Below are positions 55,260-63,870 of a DNA stretch of 64,000 nucleotides, piece after piece. Source of the stretch: a virus (Duplodnaviria; Heunggongvirae; Uroviricota; Caudoviricetes); IMG/VR virus record IMGVR_UViG_3300046786_000604, positions 12,364 to 76,363 of that record; one strand, written 5' to 3'. Under the pieces are notes generated by a model. The model made no database searches. It had not been told where the DNA came from and saw only the letters and a program-made list of their open reading frames with translations. Position 1 is the stretch's first letter. Every line of letters starts with the position of its first letter. The position numbers and the translations under genes were made by a program.

Positions 55260-55504
55260 GAGTATTTCAACATAAACCAGGTTGCTTTTGAATCATCAAA
55301 AAATTCTAAATATGATTCTTCGCATTCTTTATCATCCACCTTAACAGCACCTGCTAATTTTAGTTCTTTTTTTATGATGATAGAACGACCTTCTGAAAAT
55401 TTGCCTGGTTCTAATTTTAACCGAGTATCAACATCTTTGATGAAATTCTGCCACCAGCTTGGTTGACTTTCTAAAAATTGATCGTATTCTAAATATAATT
55501 TCAT
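55256..55504 (-). CDS. WF-LRWS family small protein (variant)
   Basis: ...FDDSKATWFMLKYS. Confidence 0.5.
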   Translation of the reverse strand: MKLYLEYDQFLESQPSWWQNFIKDVDTRLKLEPGKFSEGRSIIIKKELKLAGAVKVDDKECEESYLEFFDDSKATWFMLKYS

Positions 55505-55704
55505 GACCACCTCAATATAAACCAAGTCTTATGTTCATCACTCTTAAAGGTAATATGAGTAATGCTATCCACACCCTCAACATTAATGATATTCTCATCA
55601 AGTGATAGAATAAACTGAAACCACGAACTAGTGGTAGAATTAAAAAAATGTTTCGTAATAGTTTTATCTAATGAACTATCAACTTTTAAATATAAAACAC
55701 TCAT
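55501..55704 (-). CDS. WF-LRWS family small protein
   Basis: ...ITFKSDEHKTWFILRWS. Confidence 0.55.
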   Translation of the reverse strand: MSVLYLKVDSSLDKTITKHFFNSTTSSWFQFILSLDENIINVEGVDSITHITFKSDEHKTWFILRWS

Positions 55705-55904
55705 GACCACCTCAAAATAAACCAAGTCTTATGTTCATCACTCTTGAAGGTAATCCGAGTGAAGCCTTTCATGTCCTCAACTTTAATAATATTTGGATCT
55801 AAACTTTTGACAAACGCAACCCATTGTGGATGTTGGTTTGCATTATAAAACAGTTGTGTTATGTTATGGTCTAATGTACCTTCTTTTAAATCTAGAACGC
55901 TCAT
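55701..55904 (-). CDS. WF-LRWS family small protein (tandem duplicate of previous)
   Basis: ...ITFKSDEHKTWFILRWS; same length, about 60% identical to its neighbour. Confidence 0.55.
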   Translation of the reverse strand: MSVLDLKEGTLDHNITQLFYNANQHPQWVAFVKSLDPNIIKVEDMKGFTRITFKSDEHKTWFILRWS

Positions 55905-56113
55905 GACCACCTCAATATAAACCAAATACGATCTGCTTCGTTGTCAAAATAAAAACGATTGAACAATGATGTAAATTGGCTACCAAATTGGTCTTTACAC
56001 CATAGCTCCATTTCTTGTTGATTTGTGTTTCGTATTTCATCATGAGTACGAAGAACGGCAGCACCAAATTTAAATTCAAACATAAACCCTGAATCGAAAA
56101 TTTCTATGATCAT
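55901..56113 (-). CDS. WF-LRWS family small protein
   Basis: ELWCKDQFGSQF...FDNEADRIWFILRWS. Confidence 0.55.
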   Translation of the reverse strand: MIIEIFDSGFMFEFKFGAAVLRTHDEIRNTNQQEMELWCKDQFGSQFTSLFNRFYFDNEADRIWFILRWS

Positions 56114-56427
56114 ATCAAAGTAGATCTAATATAAGCCAATGTTGATTTTATGTCAAGCAGTTTCAAGATATCGTCATCACTCATCTCACAAATATCGGTA
56201 ATAGTGATATCTAATTCCTTGGTAATTCTGTAAGTTGTACCACCAAACGTTTCATGATCAACTACTTGATGTCTGGTATAAACCGATGGCGGTTTTCTTG
56301 CATTCAGTGTAATTTTACGACATTCATGATATTTGACCAACTCTTCTTTTGATAAAGAATTGGTTCCTCGTTTAGTGACTTCTTTTAAAAAAGCCCATGC
56401 TTCATTTACTGATAGTTGTTCACTCAT
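56110..56427 (-). CDS. hypothetical protein
   Basis: 105-aa ORF, ATGA-coupled to the family array. Confidence 0.4.
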   Translation of the reverse strand: MSEQLSVNEAWAFLKEVTKRGTNSLSKEELVKYHECRKITLNARKPPSVYTRHQVVDHETFGGTTYRITKELDITITDICEMSDDDILKLLDIKSTLAYIRSTLI

Positions 56428-56710
56428 CTAGTTCACCATATTCCAAATAACTAATAATCCTATCAATTATTTTAATTACTTGATCTTTTTCATTAAACAC
56501 TTCTAGTAGTGCATTTTTATAAGTTTGATAATTCACAATAAGGTCAGTGAGTGCATACTCATCAAATATTGTATTTGCACCAATAGTAAATTTAGCAGTC
56601 TTTCTTGAAAATTCATTGTATGCATTATATATCGGTGAGACAAGTGCATCATTCTGCATTAACTCCCATGTTTTTCGTTCTGGCCGAATAACAACTTCAT
56701 CAATTTTCAT
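56420..56710 (-). CDS. hypothetical protein
   Basis: 96-aa ORF. Confidence 0.4.
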   Translation of the reverse strand: MKIDEVVIRPERKTWELMQNDALVSPIYNAYNEFSRKTAKFTIGANTIFDEYALTDLIVNYQTYKNALLEVFNEKDQVIKIIDRIISYLEYGELDE

Positions 56711-57083
56711 TAGTCGGCCTTCAAATATTTCAGAGTTTTAGCTAATAATTCATTACCCATTTGAATTAAATTTTGTACTTTTTCATGAGTAATATCTTTA
56801 TTACTTTCATGTTCAGTCACTGATGATTGTTTAGTAGGGCGTATGTTGTCCCATTCATTTACTTCTTTGTTTATTTTTTCTCTATTCATGTTATTACCAA
56901 TGATGTATATTAGATGCTATTACAAATAGACAAGTTATAACGTGAAGCATAACCCAGCAAGTTCTTAATACTAGACTAACATTGGCTTCACGTTGTGATA
57001 AGATTGGAACCGTTGGTTCATCGTGATCGGTCTCACCCATTAAATGGTCAAATGCTCTAGCAAAGATTCTAGTCCAATTCATT

Positions 57084-57130
57084 TCACTTAACTGTAATTT
57101 TATGTCCACAAGGAGGACAAGAAATAAAAT
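57084..57130. repeat. direct repeat copy A (relic of the 3' end of Zn-ribbon gene 57746..57949)
   Basis: taactgtaattttatgtccacaaggaggacaa is identical to 57748..57779; encodes ...SCPPCGHKITVK-stop without a start codon. Confidence 0.7.
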
Positions 57131-57160
57131 GTATAATATTTGTTCCATCTTTATTTGTAA

Positions 57161-57742
57161 TCAGTTGTTAGACAAAATGCTGTGTTTAGTACCATCTGAC
57201 ATACTATTAACTGTTTGTAATACTTGTTTTAGTTGTCTAAAAGACGCTGGCAAACAATTGTCAGATATATTCTTTGTAATTTCAATAATACTGGCATACT
57301 CACTTGCAATCTTTACAACTTGTAAATGAGTTAATGACATAATTAAATCATGTGACTTGCCATCTAATGGAATACCATTATTGTCATACACTAATTGGCT
57401 AATGTTAGCAAACAGGTTTAACACTAGTTGACTTTCATCTGTTTGTAATGTTACTAAACTGTATTTCTCAGTATCATGTAATAAATCAGTAGTTGGGCCA
57501 AATAATGGATGTATTCCTGTTACACGATTGCTATACTTTAAACAAATATTATTAGGGTGTTCTTGTACTGAACAAACATTAACTAGATGTTTATTTGCAT
57601 ACTTTGCAGCTACTTCTTCATATGCATCAAATGGTACAGCTAATATGACAATATCGGCATTGTCTACAATCTCACAATACGGTGATAGTTTTTTCTGTAA
57701 AAAACCACCAAATACACCAGTTCCTATGATTGTTATTTTCAC
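57161..57742 (-). CDS. NAD(P)-binding dehydrogenase, prephenate/arogenate dehydrogenase (TyrA)-like
   Basis: MKITIIGTGVFGG Rossmann motif; GIHPLFGP resembles the TyrA HPMFGP motif. Confidence 0.45.
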   Translation of the reverse strand: MKITIIGTGVFGGFLQKKLSPYCEIVDNADIVILAVPFDAYEEVAAKYANKHLVNVCSVQEHPNNICLKYSNRVTGIHPLFGPTTDLLHDTEKYSLVTLQTDESQLVLNLFANISQLVYDNNGIPLDGKSHDLIMSLTHLQVVKIASEYASIIEITKNISDNCLPASFRQLKQVLQTVNSMSDGTKHSILSNN

Positions 57743-57800
57743 AAGTTACCTAACTGTAATTTTATGTCCACAAGGAGGACAAATGATAAAATGAATAAAA
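57741..57800. repeat. direct repeat copy B (3' end of the Zn-ribbon gene)
   Basis: See copy A; about 60 bp of homology including 32 identical bp, flanking the TyrA-like gene. Confidence 0.7.
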
Positions 57801-57949
57801 TCTGTTCCACCAGTATAATCCTGTTCTTTTCTTGTTTGTATGTCTGCTGGCACATATTCTAACACTGCCCCGCAATGTTTGCAAATGATTTCTTTAACCA
57901 CACTAGGATGTGGTTGTGTTGAAATTACCCTAACCATTAGTTTTAACAA
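57746..57949 (-). CDS. zinc-ribbon small protein
   Basis: CKHCGAVL...CPPCGHK four-Cys arrangement. Confidence 0.5.
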   Translation of the reverse strand: MLKLMVRVISTQPHPSVVKEIICKHCGAVLEYVPADIQTRKEQDYTGGTDFIHFIICPPCGHKITVR

Positions 57950-58226
57950 CCCATTTTTTTAATTTAAGTTCGGCTATTTTTTGTAAATCTTGCTCGGATA
58001 CATCTGGATAAGTAATTCTTATTAAATCTAATATACAGATAATAGTATCAACAGCTTCACCTAAAATACCATCTTCCCCTGGACTTTTATAACTTTGTCC
58101 TTGATGAATAAGAACTTCTTCTGCTAATTCACCCAACTCAGACATGGTATGATTCATAACTCCTAGTGGAGTGCGAGAGTTTTTAATTACATCAGAAGTT
58201 CTAAATATTTGTTCTATTAAAGTCAT
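57930..58226 (-). CDS. MazG-like nucleotide pyrophosphohydrolase (all-alpha NTP-PPase)
   Basis: MSELGELAEEVL...ILGEAVDTIICILDL: E-x-x-E / D metal-binding helices typical of small MazG/dCTPase proteins. Confidence 0.45.
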   Translation of the reverse strand: MTLIEQIFRTSDVIKNSRTPLGVMNHTMSELGELAEEVLIHQGQSYKSPGEDGILGEAVDTIICILDLIRITYPDVSEQDLQKIAELKLKKWVVKTNG

Positions 58227-58262
58227 ATGAATTCCTTAAAGCAATGTTTGCAATTAGTTTCG

Positions 58263-58571
58263 TTAACCATTGTGCACCTGTTCAATAAATTGTTCAAAAT
58301 CTTTTTGATCTTTAAATGTTATACTAGTCCAATGGTTTGTTTTAGTGCTAAAATTAATAGTAGCATTATATTCAGTTTTGCAGAATTCTTTAATACCAGC
58401 AACTCCGACCCAATTCTGCAATTTAGCTTGTTTTCGAATTAGATCCATTACTCTAATAGTTGAAGTATCGTAGTCAGAAATTGCTATAACACGCCCAAAT
58501 CCTTCAGTAATAGTATTACCATTATCATTAACCACAGTGTGTTTAAATTTAATTCTCATAATTTGTACCAC
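58263..58571 (-). CDS. hypothetical protein
   Basis: 102-aa ORF. Confidence 0.4.
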   Translation of the reverse strand: MVQIMRIKFKHTVVNDNGNTITEGFGRVIAISDYDTSTIRVMDLIRKQAKLQNWVGVAGIKEFCKTEYNATINFSTKTNHWTSITFKDQKDFEQFIEQVHNG

Positions 58572-59398
58572 GAAGGAATTTTTTCTGGTAATGGTTTAGT
58601 AATATCAGTTACTAATACCTGTTCAGGTCCTTTTAAACGGAATTTACCGTAATAGCCTTCTTTTTCATGCCAAAATTGATCGCCCCATACATTTATAACT
58701 GCTGGCTCTTTTTTACGATAGATAATACCGTTTTGATACCATACCTCAATTGTTGGTGTGTGAATTGATGGACCTACAAAACCATTCATGCTAGGGTATC
58801 TATGATGCTTACCTCGAACATAATATGACCCATCATCATTTTGCATAATAGAAAATGGTCCTATTACATAGTGATGTGTAGTTATATGCCCGTATTCATC
58901 AGGAAATCCAATCCTAGTTGGAATACTATGTTGTGTAGATTCAACTAGTTGCATTCCTTCACGATGCATTCTTTTATGATCTCGATGCCTCGGTTCTTTC
59001 AGGCGGTATTGCATCGAAATTACCAATTGCTGCATAATAGTTTGTAAGGTAGGTACACCAAATTCCTTGTACATTGGATTTCTACCAACTTCATAAGATA
59101 ATGGATAAATTTCCGCCACAATCTTACCATTATGAATTACATTTTGTCCAGATATATTATTAATTACATCCGGTAACTTATATGGAACTCGTGGGTATTT
59201 GGTTTTTTTGATTGGTTTTATTTTGGCAAACTGACTGTCTGGTCCAACTCTCCAAGCTGATCTGATAGGCCATGTTTGATGAAATATACATGATGTAAAT
59301 CCAGTTGCAGTGCCTTTGGTGGCATAATCATGCTGTTGACGATAACAACGAATCCAAACCAGTCTTTCCACTTCATCACTTGTGTAAATATAATGCAT
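58556..59398 (-). CDS. hypothetical protein (His/Tyr-rich, 280 aa)
   Basis: ORF behind promoter 59430..59458. Confidence 0.45.
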   Translation of the reverse strand: MHYIYTSDEVERLVWIRCYRQQHDYATKGTATGFTSCIFHQTWPIRSAWRVGPDSQFAKIKPIKKTKYPRVPYKLPDVINNISGQNVIHNGKIVAEIYPLSYEVGRNPMYKEFGVPTLQTIMQQLVISMQYRLKEPRHRDHKRMHREGMQLVESTQHSIPTRIGFPDEYGHITTHHYVIGPFSIMQNDDGSYYVRGKHHRYPSMNGFVGPSIHTPTIEVWYQNGIIYRKKEPAVINVWGDQFWHEKEGYYGKFRLKGPEQVLVTDITKPLPEKIPSWYKL

Positions 59399-59429
59399 TT
59401 TGTGCTCCGGCGTGTTTAATTAAGTGTGT

Positions 59430-59458
59430 AGTATAACAAACCACTACACACTTGTCAA
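59430..59458 (-). promoter_or_regulatory. sigma70-type promoter (TTGACA-17-TATACT)
   Basis: Minus strand TTGACAagtgtgtagtggtttgtTATACT. Confidence 0.45.
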
Positions 59459-59460
59459 TA

Positions 59461-60477
59461 TTAGTTGCCTAAGAAATGTTGAATGATAGAATAATGATCT
59501 TCGAAGCAATTTTCACTTTGTAATTGCGATATAGGAATCCATGTTGCAGTTTTTGCATCATCAGCGCCTTTTACTTTTTCAAGAGGACCTTCTGGCAATT
59601 CAATATAGAATGCATGGGTAATGGTTCTGCCTCTAAACGATCTACCTGGGTGATCAAATACATGGCTTGCTTTAATGCTGCCTTTTAATACTGGCACTGG
59701 AACTTTAATTTTAGTTTCTTCTTTCAGCTCTCGAACTGCACCATCGATGATCAATTCATTTTGATCCAAGAATCCACCTGGCAATGCCATTAGACCTTTA
59801 CCTGGCAAGCATTTACGTTCAATCATTAATACATGTCCCGATTGAATTACGCAGCAATCCACAGTAACAAATACTGGAGGATATGCTAAACCAGCAAATT
59901 GCTGTTTATACTTGGCGATGAATTCTTTCTCATCTAGGATAGCATTGTATTCATCGGTACCATGAAATTGGTTTAAGAACGACAATGTATCATCAGGTAC
60001 CACACCTTTGATATAATCTTGGTTATATGGAGTTTTAAAATACAACTCACGAATGTCAGTGGCATTTAATTGGTTCTGTACATTATCGAATTCTTCTAAA
60101 GCCCATTGTGGAAATAGTTTTAGGTAGTAGGTTTCTGGACCTTTATTATGCCCAAGTAAACAAACACTTTGACCATGTGTACATTCAGCAACAATGCGTT
60201 GGACATTGATCGCCCAAACCTGATCATTATAAGGAATATCCACTAATGGTTCGATATAAACCTGAACGGCTGGTTCGATTTTAATTGAACGTAAGATCAT
60301 CCCACAACGTTCACTGAATGTAAATGGATTCTTAAATGTTCTTGGTTGTTTGGATGAGCCAAGCAAGATAATGACATTTTTTGCCAATTCTGCTGCTCTA
60401 TTGATTAGTTCTAAATGAGCGTTGTGAAGAGGTTGCGCTCTCATGATTACTACTGCATTGTCATATTTTTTGTTCAT
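59461..60477 (-). CDS. natV: bifunctional nicotinamide-mononucleotide adenylyltransferase / Nudix ADP-ribose pyrophosphatase (NadM-Nudix, NatV-like)
   Basis: N-terminus AVVIMRAQPLHNAHLELI ((H/T)xGH nucleotidyltransferase motif); C-terminal Nudix box GGFLDQNELIIDGAVRELKEETKI. Confidence 0.75.
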   Translation of the reverse strand: MNKKYDNAVVIMRAQPLHNAHLELINRAAELAKNVIILLGSSKQPRTFKNPFTFSERCGMILRSIKIEPAVQVYIEPLVDIPYNDQVWAINVQRIVAECTHGQSVCLLGHNKGPETYYLKLFPQWALEEFDNVQNQLNATDIRELYFKTPYNQDYIKGVVPDDTLSFLNQFHGTDEYNAILDEKEFIAKYKQQFAGLAYPPVFVTVDCCVIQSGHVLMIERKCLPGKGLMALPGGFLDQNELIIDGAVRELKEETKIKVPVPVLKGSIKASHVFDHPGRSFRGRTITHAFYIELPEGPLEKVKGADDAKTATWIPISQLQSENCFEDHYSIIQHFLGN

Positions 60478-60525
60478 ACTATAACTCCTATAGTTAAATT
60501 TAATAAAGTCTATCTTTATTAGTGC

Positions 60526-60553
60526 ATTATATCAGATTACTGTTACTTGTCAA
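60526..60553 (-). promoter_or_regulatory. sigma70-type promoter (TTGACA-16-TATAAT) with conserved 5'UTR cassette
   Basis: Minus strand TTGACAagtaacagtaatctgaTATAAT then aataaagatagactttattaaatttaactataggagttatagtATG. Confidence 0.55.
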
Positions 60554-61259
60554 CAATTTTAACTTTATAACCAAGTAATTGTTCAATTTCTTCAATGGAC
60601 ATATCTTTAATGGTTACTCTTTTATCAAACTTTTCTTTTGTTGTATATTCTACACCATTGACATAATAATATTTAAGACATCCAGCAGCCAATACAAGAG
60701 CAGGTCCGTCCTCTCTATGTCGTTTACCATTAACGATGTATTCATAATTTCCGTTACGATAGATTCGTGCAGGTCCATCCTCATTATGAAGAATTCCATT
60801 ACGATACCATTCTGTATTACCACGTGCTTCATATAATGCAGGACCGCCATCTCTATGAATTACACCATTGACATAATATGTATAACTACCGTCTGATTTT
60901 TCGACAGCTGGTCCATCTGTTCTATGTAATTTGCCATTTAAATACCATTCTTTTTCGCCAGAGGCATATTCAATAGCAGGACCATCTTCGCGATGTAAAG
61001 TGTCATTGACATAATATGTAATTATGTCATTTATTTTTAATGCTGGTCCATCTGTTCTATGTAATTTGCCATTGACATAATATGCATAATTACCGGCTGC
61101 ATTATAATTAGCTGGACCATCTTCGCGATGAGGAATTTTATCTAAAAACCAATTGGTTGTGTTTATTTCATTAATGTAAACTTTAACTACACCATCTGGT
61201 AAATTTTTTGGTTTTAATTCAGAAAGCAAGTTGAATGTAAATTCTGTGATGTGTGACAT
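60543..61259 (-). CDS. MORN-variant (MORN_2-like) repeat protein, paralog 1
   Basis: About 23-aa repeats W[YW][LV]NGxLHRxDGPAxE; conserved C-terminus SIEEIEQLLGYKVKIVDK. Confidence 0.55.
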   Translation of the reverse strand: MSHITEFTFNLLSELKPKNLPDGVVKVYINEINTTNWFLDKIPHREDGPANYNAAGNYAYYVNGKLHRTDGPALKINDIITYYVNDTLHREDGPAIEYASGEKEWYLNGKLHRTDGPAVEKSDGSYTYYVNGVIHRDGGPALYEARGNTEWYRNGILHNEDGPARIYRNGNYEYIVNGKRHREDGPALVLAAGCLKYYYVNGVEYTTKEKFDKRVTIKDMSIEEIEQLLGYKVKIVDK

Positions 61260-61315
61260 ACTATAACTCCTATAGTTAAATTTAATAAAGTCTATCTTTA
61301 TTATTATAATGGCAA

Positions 61316-61615
61316 TTATAATTCCATATATCGACTTCCAACAAATTCTAACATGTCATCATTAATTATTCCTTTCACTCCCAGATATATCATAATCGCA
61401 AATGGGTACATAGATTCTACAACTTCGTTATTTGTTATCTTACCATATAACTCTGGGTTGGGACTGAGAGATCTGAATTGTTTTCTCTCTAATTCTGTGC
61501 CGACTGGCTTTGGAAAATTCTCTGTCAAGTACGAGATTAATTGTTTGATGTTGTGTTTATTATTGGTGGCTATGGCATTATCCATTAGTTGCAACGATTG
61601 TTCAAACTTATTCAT
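61316..61615 (-). CDS. hypothetical protein
   Basis: 99-aa ORF with the conserved UTR cassette upstream. Confidence 0.4.
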   Translation of the reverse strand: MNKFEQSLQLMDNAIATNNKHNIKQLISYLTENFPKPVGTELERKQFRSLSPNPELYGKITNNEVVESMYPFAIMIYLGVKGIINDDMLEFVGSRYMEL

Positions 61616-61661
61616 ATTAATTCCTATAGTTAAATTTAATAAAGTCTATCTTTATTTGTGT

Positions 61662-61689
61662 ATTATATCAGATCACTGTTACTTGTCAA
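61662..61689 (-). promoter_or_regulatory. sigma70-type promoter (TTGACA-16-TATAAT), duplicate of 60526..60553
   Basis: Minus strand TTGACAagtaacagtgatctgaTATAAT plus the same UTR. Confidence 0.55.
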
Positions 61690-62257
61690 CAATTTTAATT
61701 TTATATCCAAGTAATTGTTCAATTTCAGCTACTGATAGCTCTTTACATTGGGTCATTTGGTTGAATTCTTGTTCTGAATATTGCTTGCCATTTAAAAACC
61801 ATCTTTTATGACCATTACGGTATTCAATTGCTGGTCCATCTACTCGATGTAGTTGATCATTTAAAAACCATTCTTTACAACCATCTGACCATTCGATAGC
61901 AGGTCCATCTTCACGATGGCATAATCCATTTAAATACCATCGTTTAAGGCCATTAGGATGTTCAATTGCTGGGCCATCGTTTCTATGGCGATTGTCATTT
62001 AAATACCATTGTTTTTCTCCATTGGCACATTCAATTGCTGGACCATCTTCTCTATGTAATCGTCCATTCAAATACCATCTTTTATCACCATCAACTCTTT
62101 CAATAGCTGGGCCATCTTCTCGATGTAATTGACCATTTACCCACCAGGATTTAGTACCGCCGATATATTCAACAGCTGGCCCGTCTTCTCGGTGTAAGTA
62201 ACCGTTAAGATGCCATTCTGTTCTATCTTCGTAAACTTGAACTGTATATTCGATCAT
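61679..62257 (-). CDS. MORN-variant repeat protein, paralog 2
   Basis: MIEYTVQVYEDRTEWHLNG... 6 repeats; C-terminus ELSVAEIEQLLGYKIKIVDK. Confidence 0.55.
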   Translation of the reverse strand: MIEYTVQVYEDRTEWHLNGYLHREDGPAVEYIGGTKSWWVNGQLHREDGPAIERVDGDKRWYLNGRLHREDGPAIECANGEKQWYLNDNRHRNDGPAIEHPNGLKRWYLNGLCHREDGPAIEWSDGCKEWFLNDQLHRVDGPAIEYRNGHKRWFLNGKQYSEQEFNQMTQCKELSVAEIEQLLGYKIKIVDK

Positions 62258-62685
62258 TTTACAATTTTAACCTTATATCCAAGTAATTGTTCAATTTCAG
62301 CTACTGATAGCTCTTTAGTTTGGGTCATTTGGTTGAATTCTTGTTCTGTGTATGCCTTGTCATTCACCCACCATTCTTTATTGCCAGTGAAAAATTCAAT
62401 AGCTGGGCCATCAATTCTATGACGTTGACCATTTACCCACCATGCTTTATTACCCCATTCAACAGCAGGACCATCTGTTCTATGACGTTTATCATTCACC
62501 CACCATTCTTTATGGCCATTGGGATATTCGATAGCAGGGCCATCTTCTCGATGTAACTTGCCATTTAAATACCATTCTTTGTAACCATTCTCAAATTCAA
62601 CAGCTGGTCCATCTTCTCGATGTAATTTGCCATTTAAATACCATTCGGTTCTATCTCTGTCAACTCGTACTGTGTACTCGATCAT
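62254..62685 (-). CDS. MORN-variant repeat protein, paralog 3
   Basis: MIEYTVRVDRDRTEWYLNG...; ATGA-coupled. Confidence 0.55.
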   Translation of the reverse strand: MIEYTVRVDRDRTEWYLNGKLHREDGPAVEFENGYKEWYLNGKLHREDGPAIEYPNGHKEWWVNDKRHRTDGPAVEWGNKAWWVNGQRHRIDGPAIEFFTGNKEWWVNDKAYTEQEFNQMTQTKELSVAEIEQLLGYKVKIVK

Positions 62686-63188
62686 CTTACCACCTTAATT
62701 TTATAACCAAGTAATTGTTCAATTTCAGCTACTGATAGTTCTTTAGTTTGGGTCAGTTGGTTGAATTCTTGTTCTGAATATTCTTGACCATTTAACCACC
62801 ATGCTTTATTACCACTGGTATATTCAACAGCTGGGCCATCTTCTCGATGTAATTTGTCATTTACCCACCATTCTTTATGACCATCACTCCATTCTATTGC
62901 AGGTCCATCTTGGCGATGGCGGTTATTATTAACCCACCATTCTTTACTGCCATCCATCCATTCAATTGCCGGGCCATCTACTCGATGTAATAGACCATTT
63001 AAATACCATTTTTTAGTGCCATTAGCTTGTTCGAGTGCAGGGCCATCTTCTCGATGTAATTGACCATTTAAGTACCATTCTTTATTGCCATCGGCGTACT
63101 CAATAGCTGGTCCATTTTCTCTATGTAATTGTCTATCTAATCGCCATTCAGTTCTATCTGCATGAACTCGTACTGTGTATTCAATCAT
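62682..63188 (-). CDS. MORN-variant repeat protein, paralog 4
   Basis: MIEYTVRVHADRTEW... start set at the ATG (the longer ORF uses GTG). Confidence 0.55.
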   Translation of the reverse strand: MIEYTVRVHADRTEWRLDRQLHRENGPAIEYADGNKEWYLNGQLHREDGPALEQANGTKKWYLNGLLHRVDGPAIEWMDGSKEWWVNNNRHRQDGPAIEWSDGHKEWWVNDKLHREDGPAVEYTSGNKAWWLNGQEYSEQEFNQLTQTKELSVAEIEQLLGYKIKVVR

Positions 63189-63222
63189 GTTGTGTCTCAC
63201 GGTGTTGTGTTAAGTTATGTGT

Positions 63223-63250
63223 ATTATAACAGTAATCTGTTATTTGTCAA
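63223..63250 (-). promoter_or_regulatory. sigma70-type promoter (TTGACA-16-TATAAT)
   Basis: Minus strand TTGACAaataacagattactgtTATAAT. Confidence 0.5.
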
Positions 63251-63567
63251 CGTAAAAACATCATAAAGTGAGCTTGATTGGTTTGAACACAACTTATCGC
63301 ATAAACACCAGTTTCATACCCTTGTTGTTTTAACATTGCTTGATCAACATCGACTTGTTCAAGGCTATCGTATACTTCAAATGAAGTGTAGTTGGTTATT
63401 ACAGGTTTAACAAATCCATTACCTTTATTGTACAGATATTCATCATCTTTACGATATATGACATAATTTGCACGTTCGTAATCTTTAATAGCGTATTCAA
63501 TTCTAATTAACATTCTGTACCATTTCATCGGTAGTAACATTAAAAGCTTTATATACAATTGTTTCAT
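63247..63567 (-). CDS. hypothetical protein
   Basis: 106-aa ORF. Confidence 0.4.
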   Translation of the reverse strand: MKQLYIKLLMLLPMKWYRMLIRIEYAIKDYERANYVIYRKDDEYLYNKGNGFVKPVITNYTSFEVYDSLEQVDVDQAMLKQQGYETGVYAISCVQTNQAHFMMFLR

Positions 63568-63570
63568 TAG

Positions 63571-63870
63571 TTAATCCTGGCAAGTATAATTGATTGCTGT
63601 ACCATTATCTTTCACGTTAGGTTTAGGTTTAGATAATTTAGATAATCTACAAAAAACTTCTTTAGCAGTTTCTTCAGTAGTTCTACATGATCCATCATAT
63701 AAGTATTTTGACCCTGGTAAACCATAAGTCCACCAATACTGCCCTGCAAAATTAGATCTAAAATCACAAAATGCAAACCCACAAAAAGTCAATTTACGAA
63801 TACCAAAAGTACCATCATTAAATTTTACTATTCTCATAAACATTTTATTCACCTTTTTAGTTATTGTCAA
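63571..63870 (-). CDS. hypothetical protein (Cys-rich)
   Basis: 99-aa ORF. Confidence 0.4.
   Translation of the reverse strand: MTITKKVNKMFMRIVKFNDGTFGIRKLTFCGFAFCDFRSNFAGQYWWTYGLPGSKYLYDGSCRTTEETAKEVFCRLSKLSKPKPNVKDNGTAINYTCQD

Noticed and set aside
56894-57148. ORF-track CDS 56894..57148 (MEQILYIL...)
   Set aside because: Likely spurious. The region instead carries a start-less relic of the Zn-ribbon gene 3' end in another frame. It is AT-rich and has no RBS.
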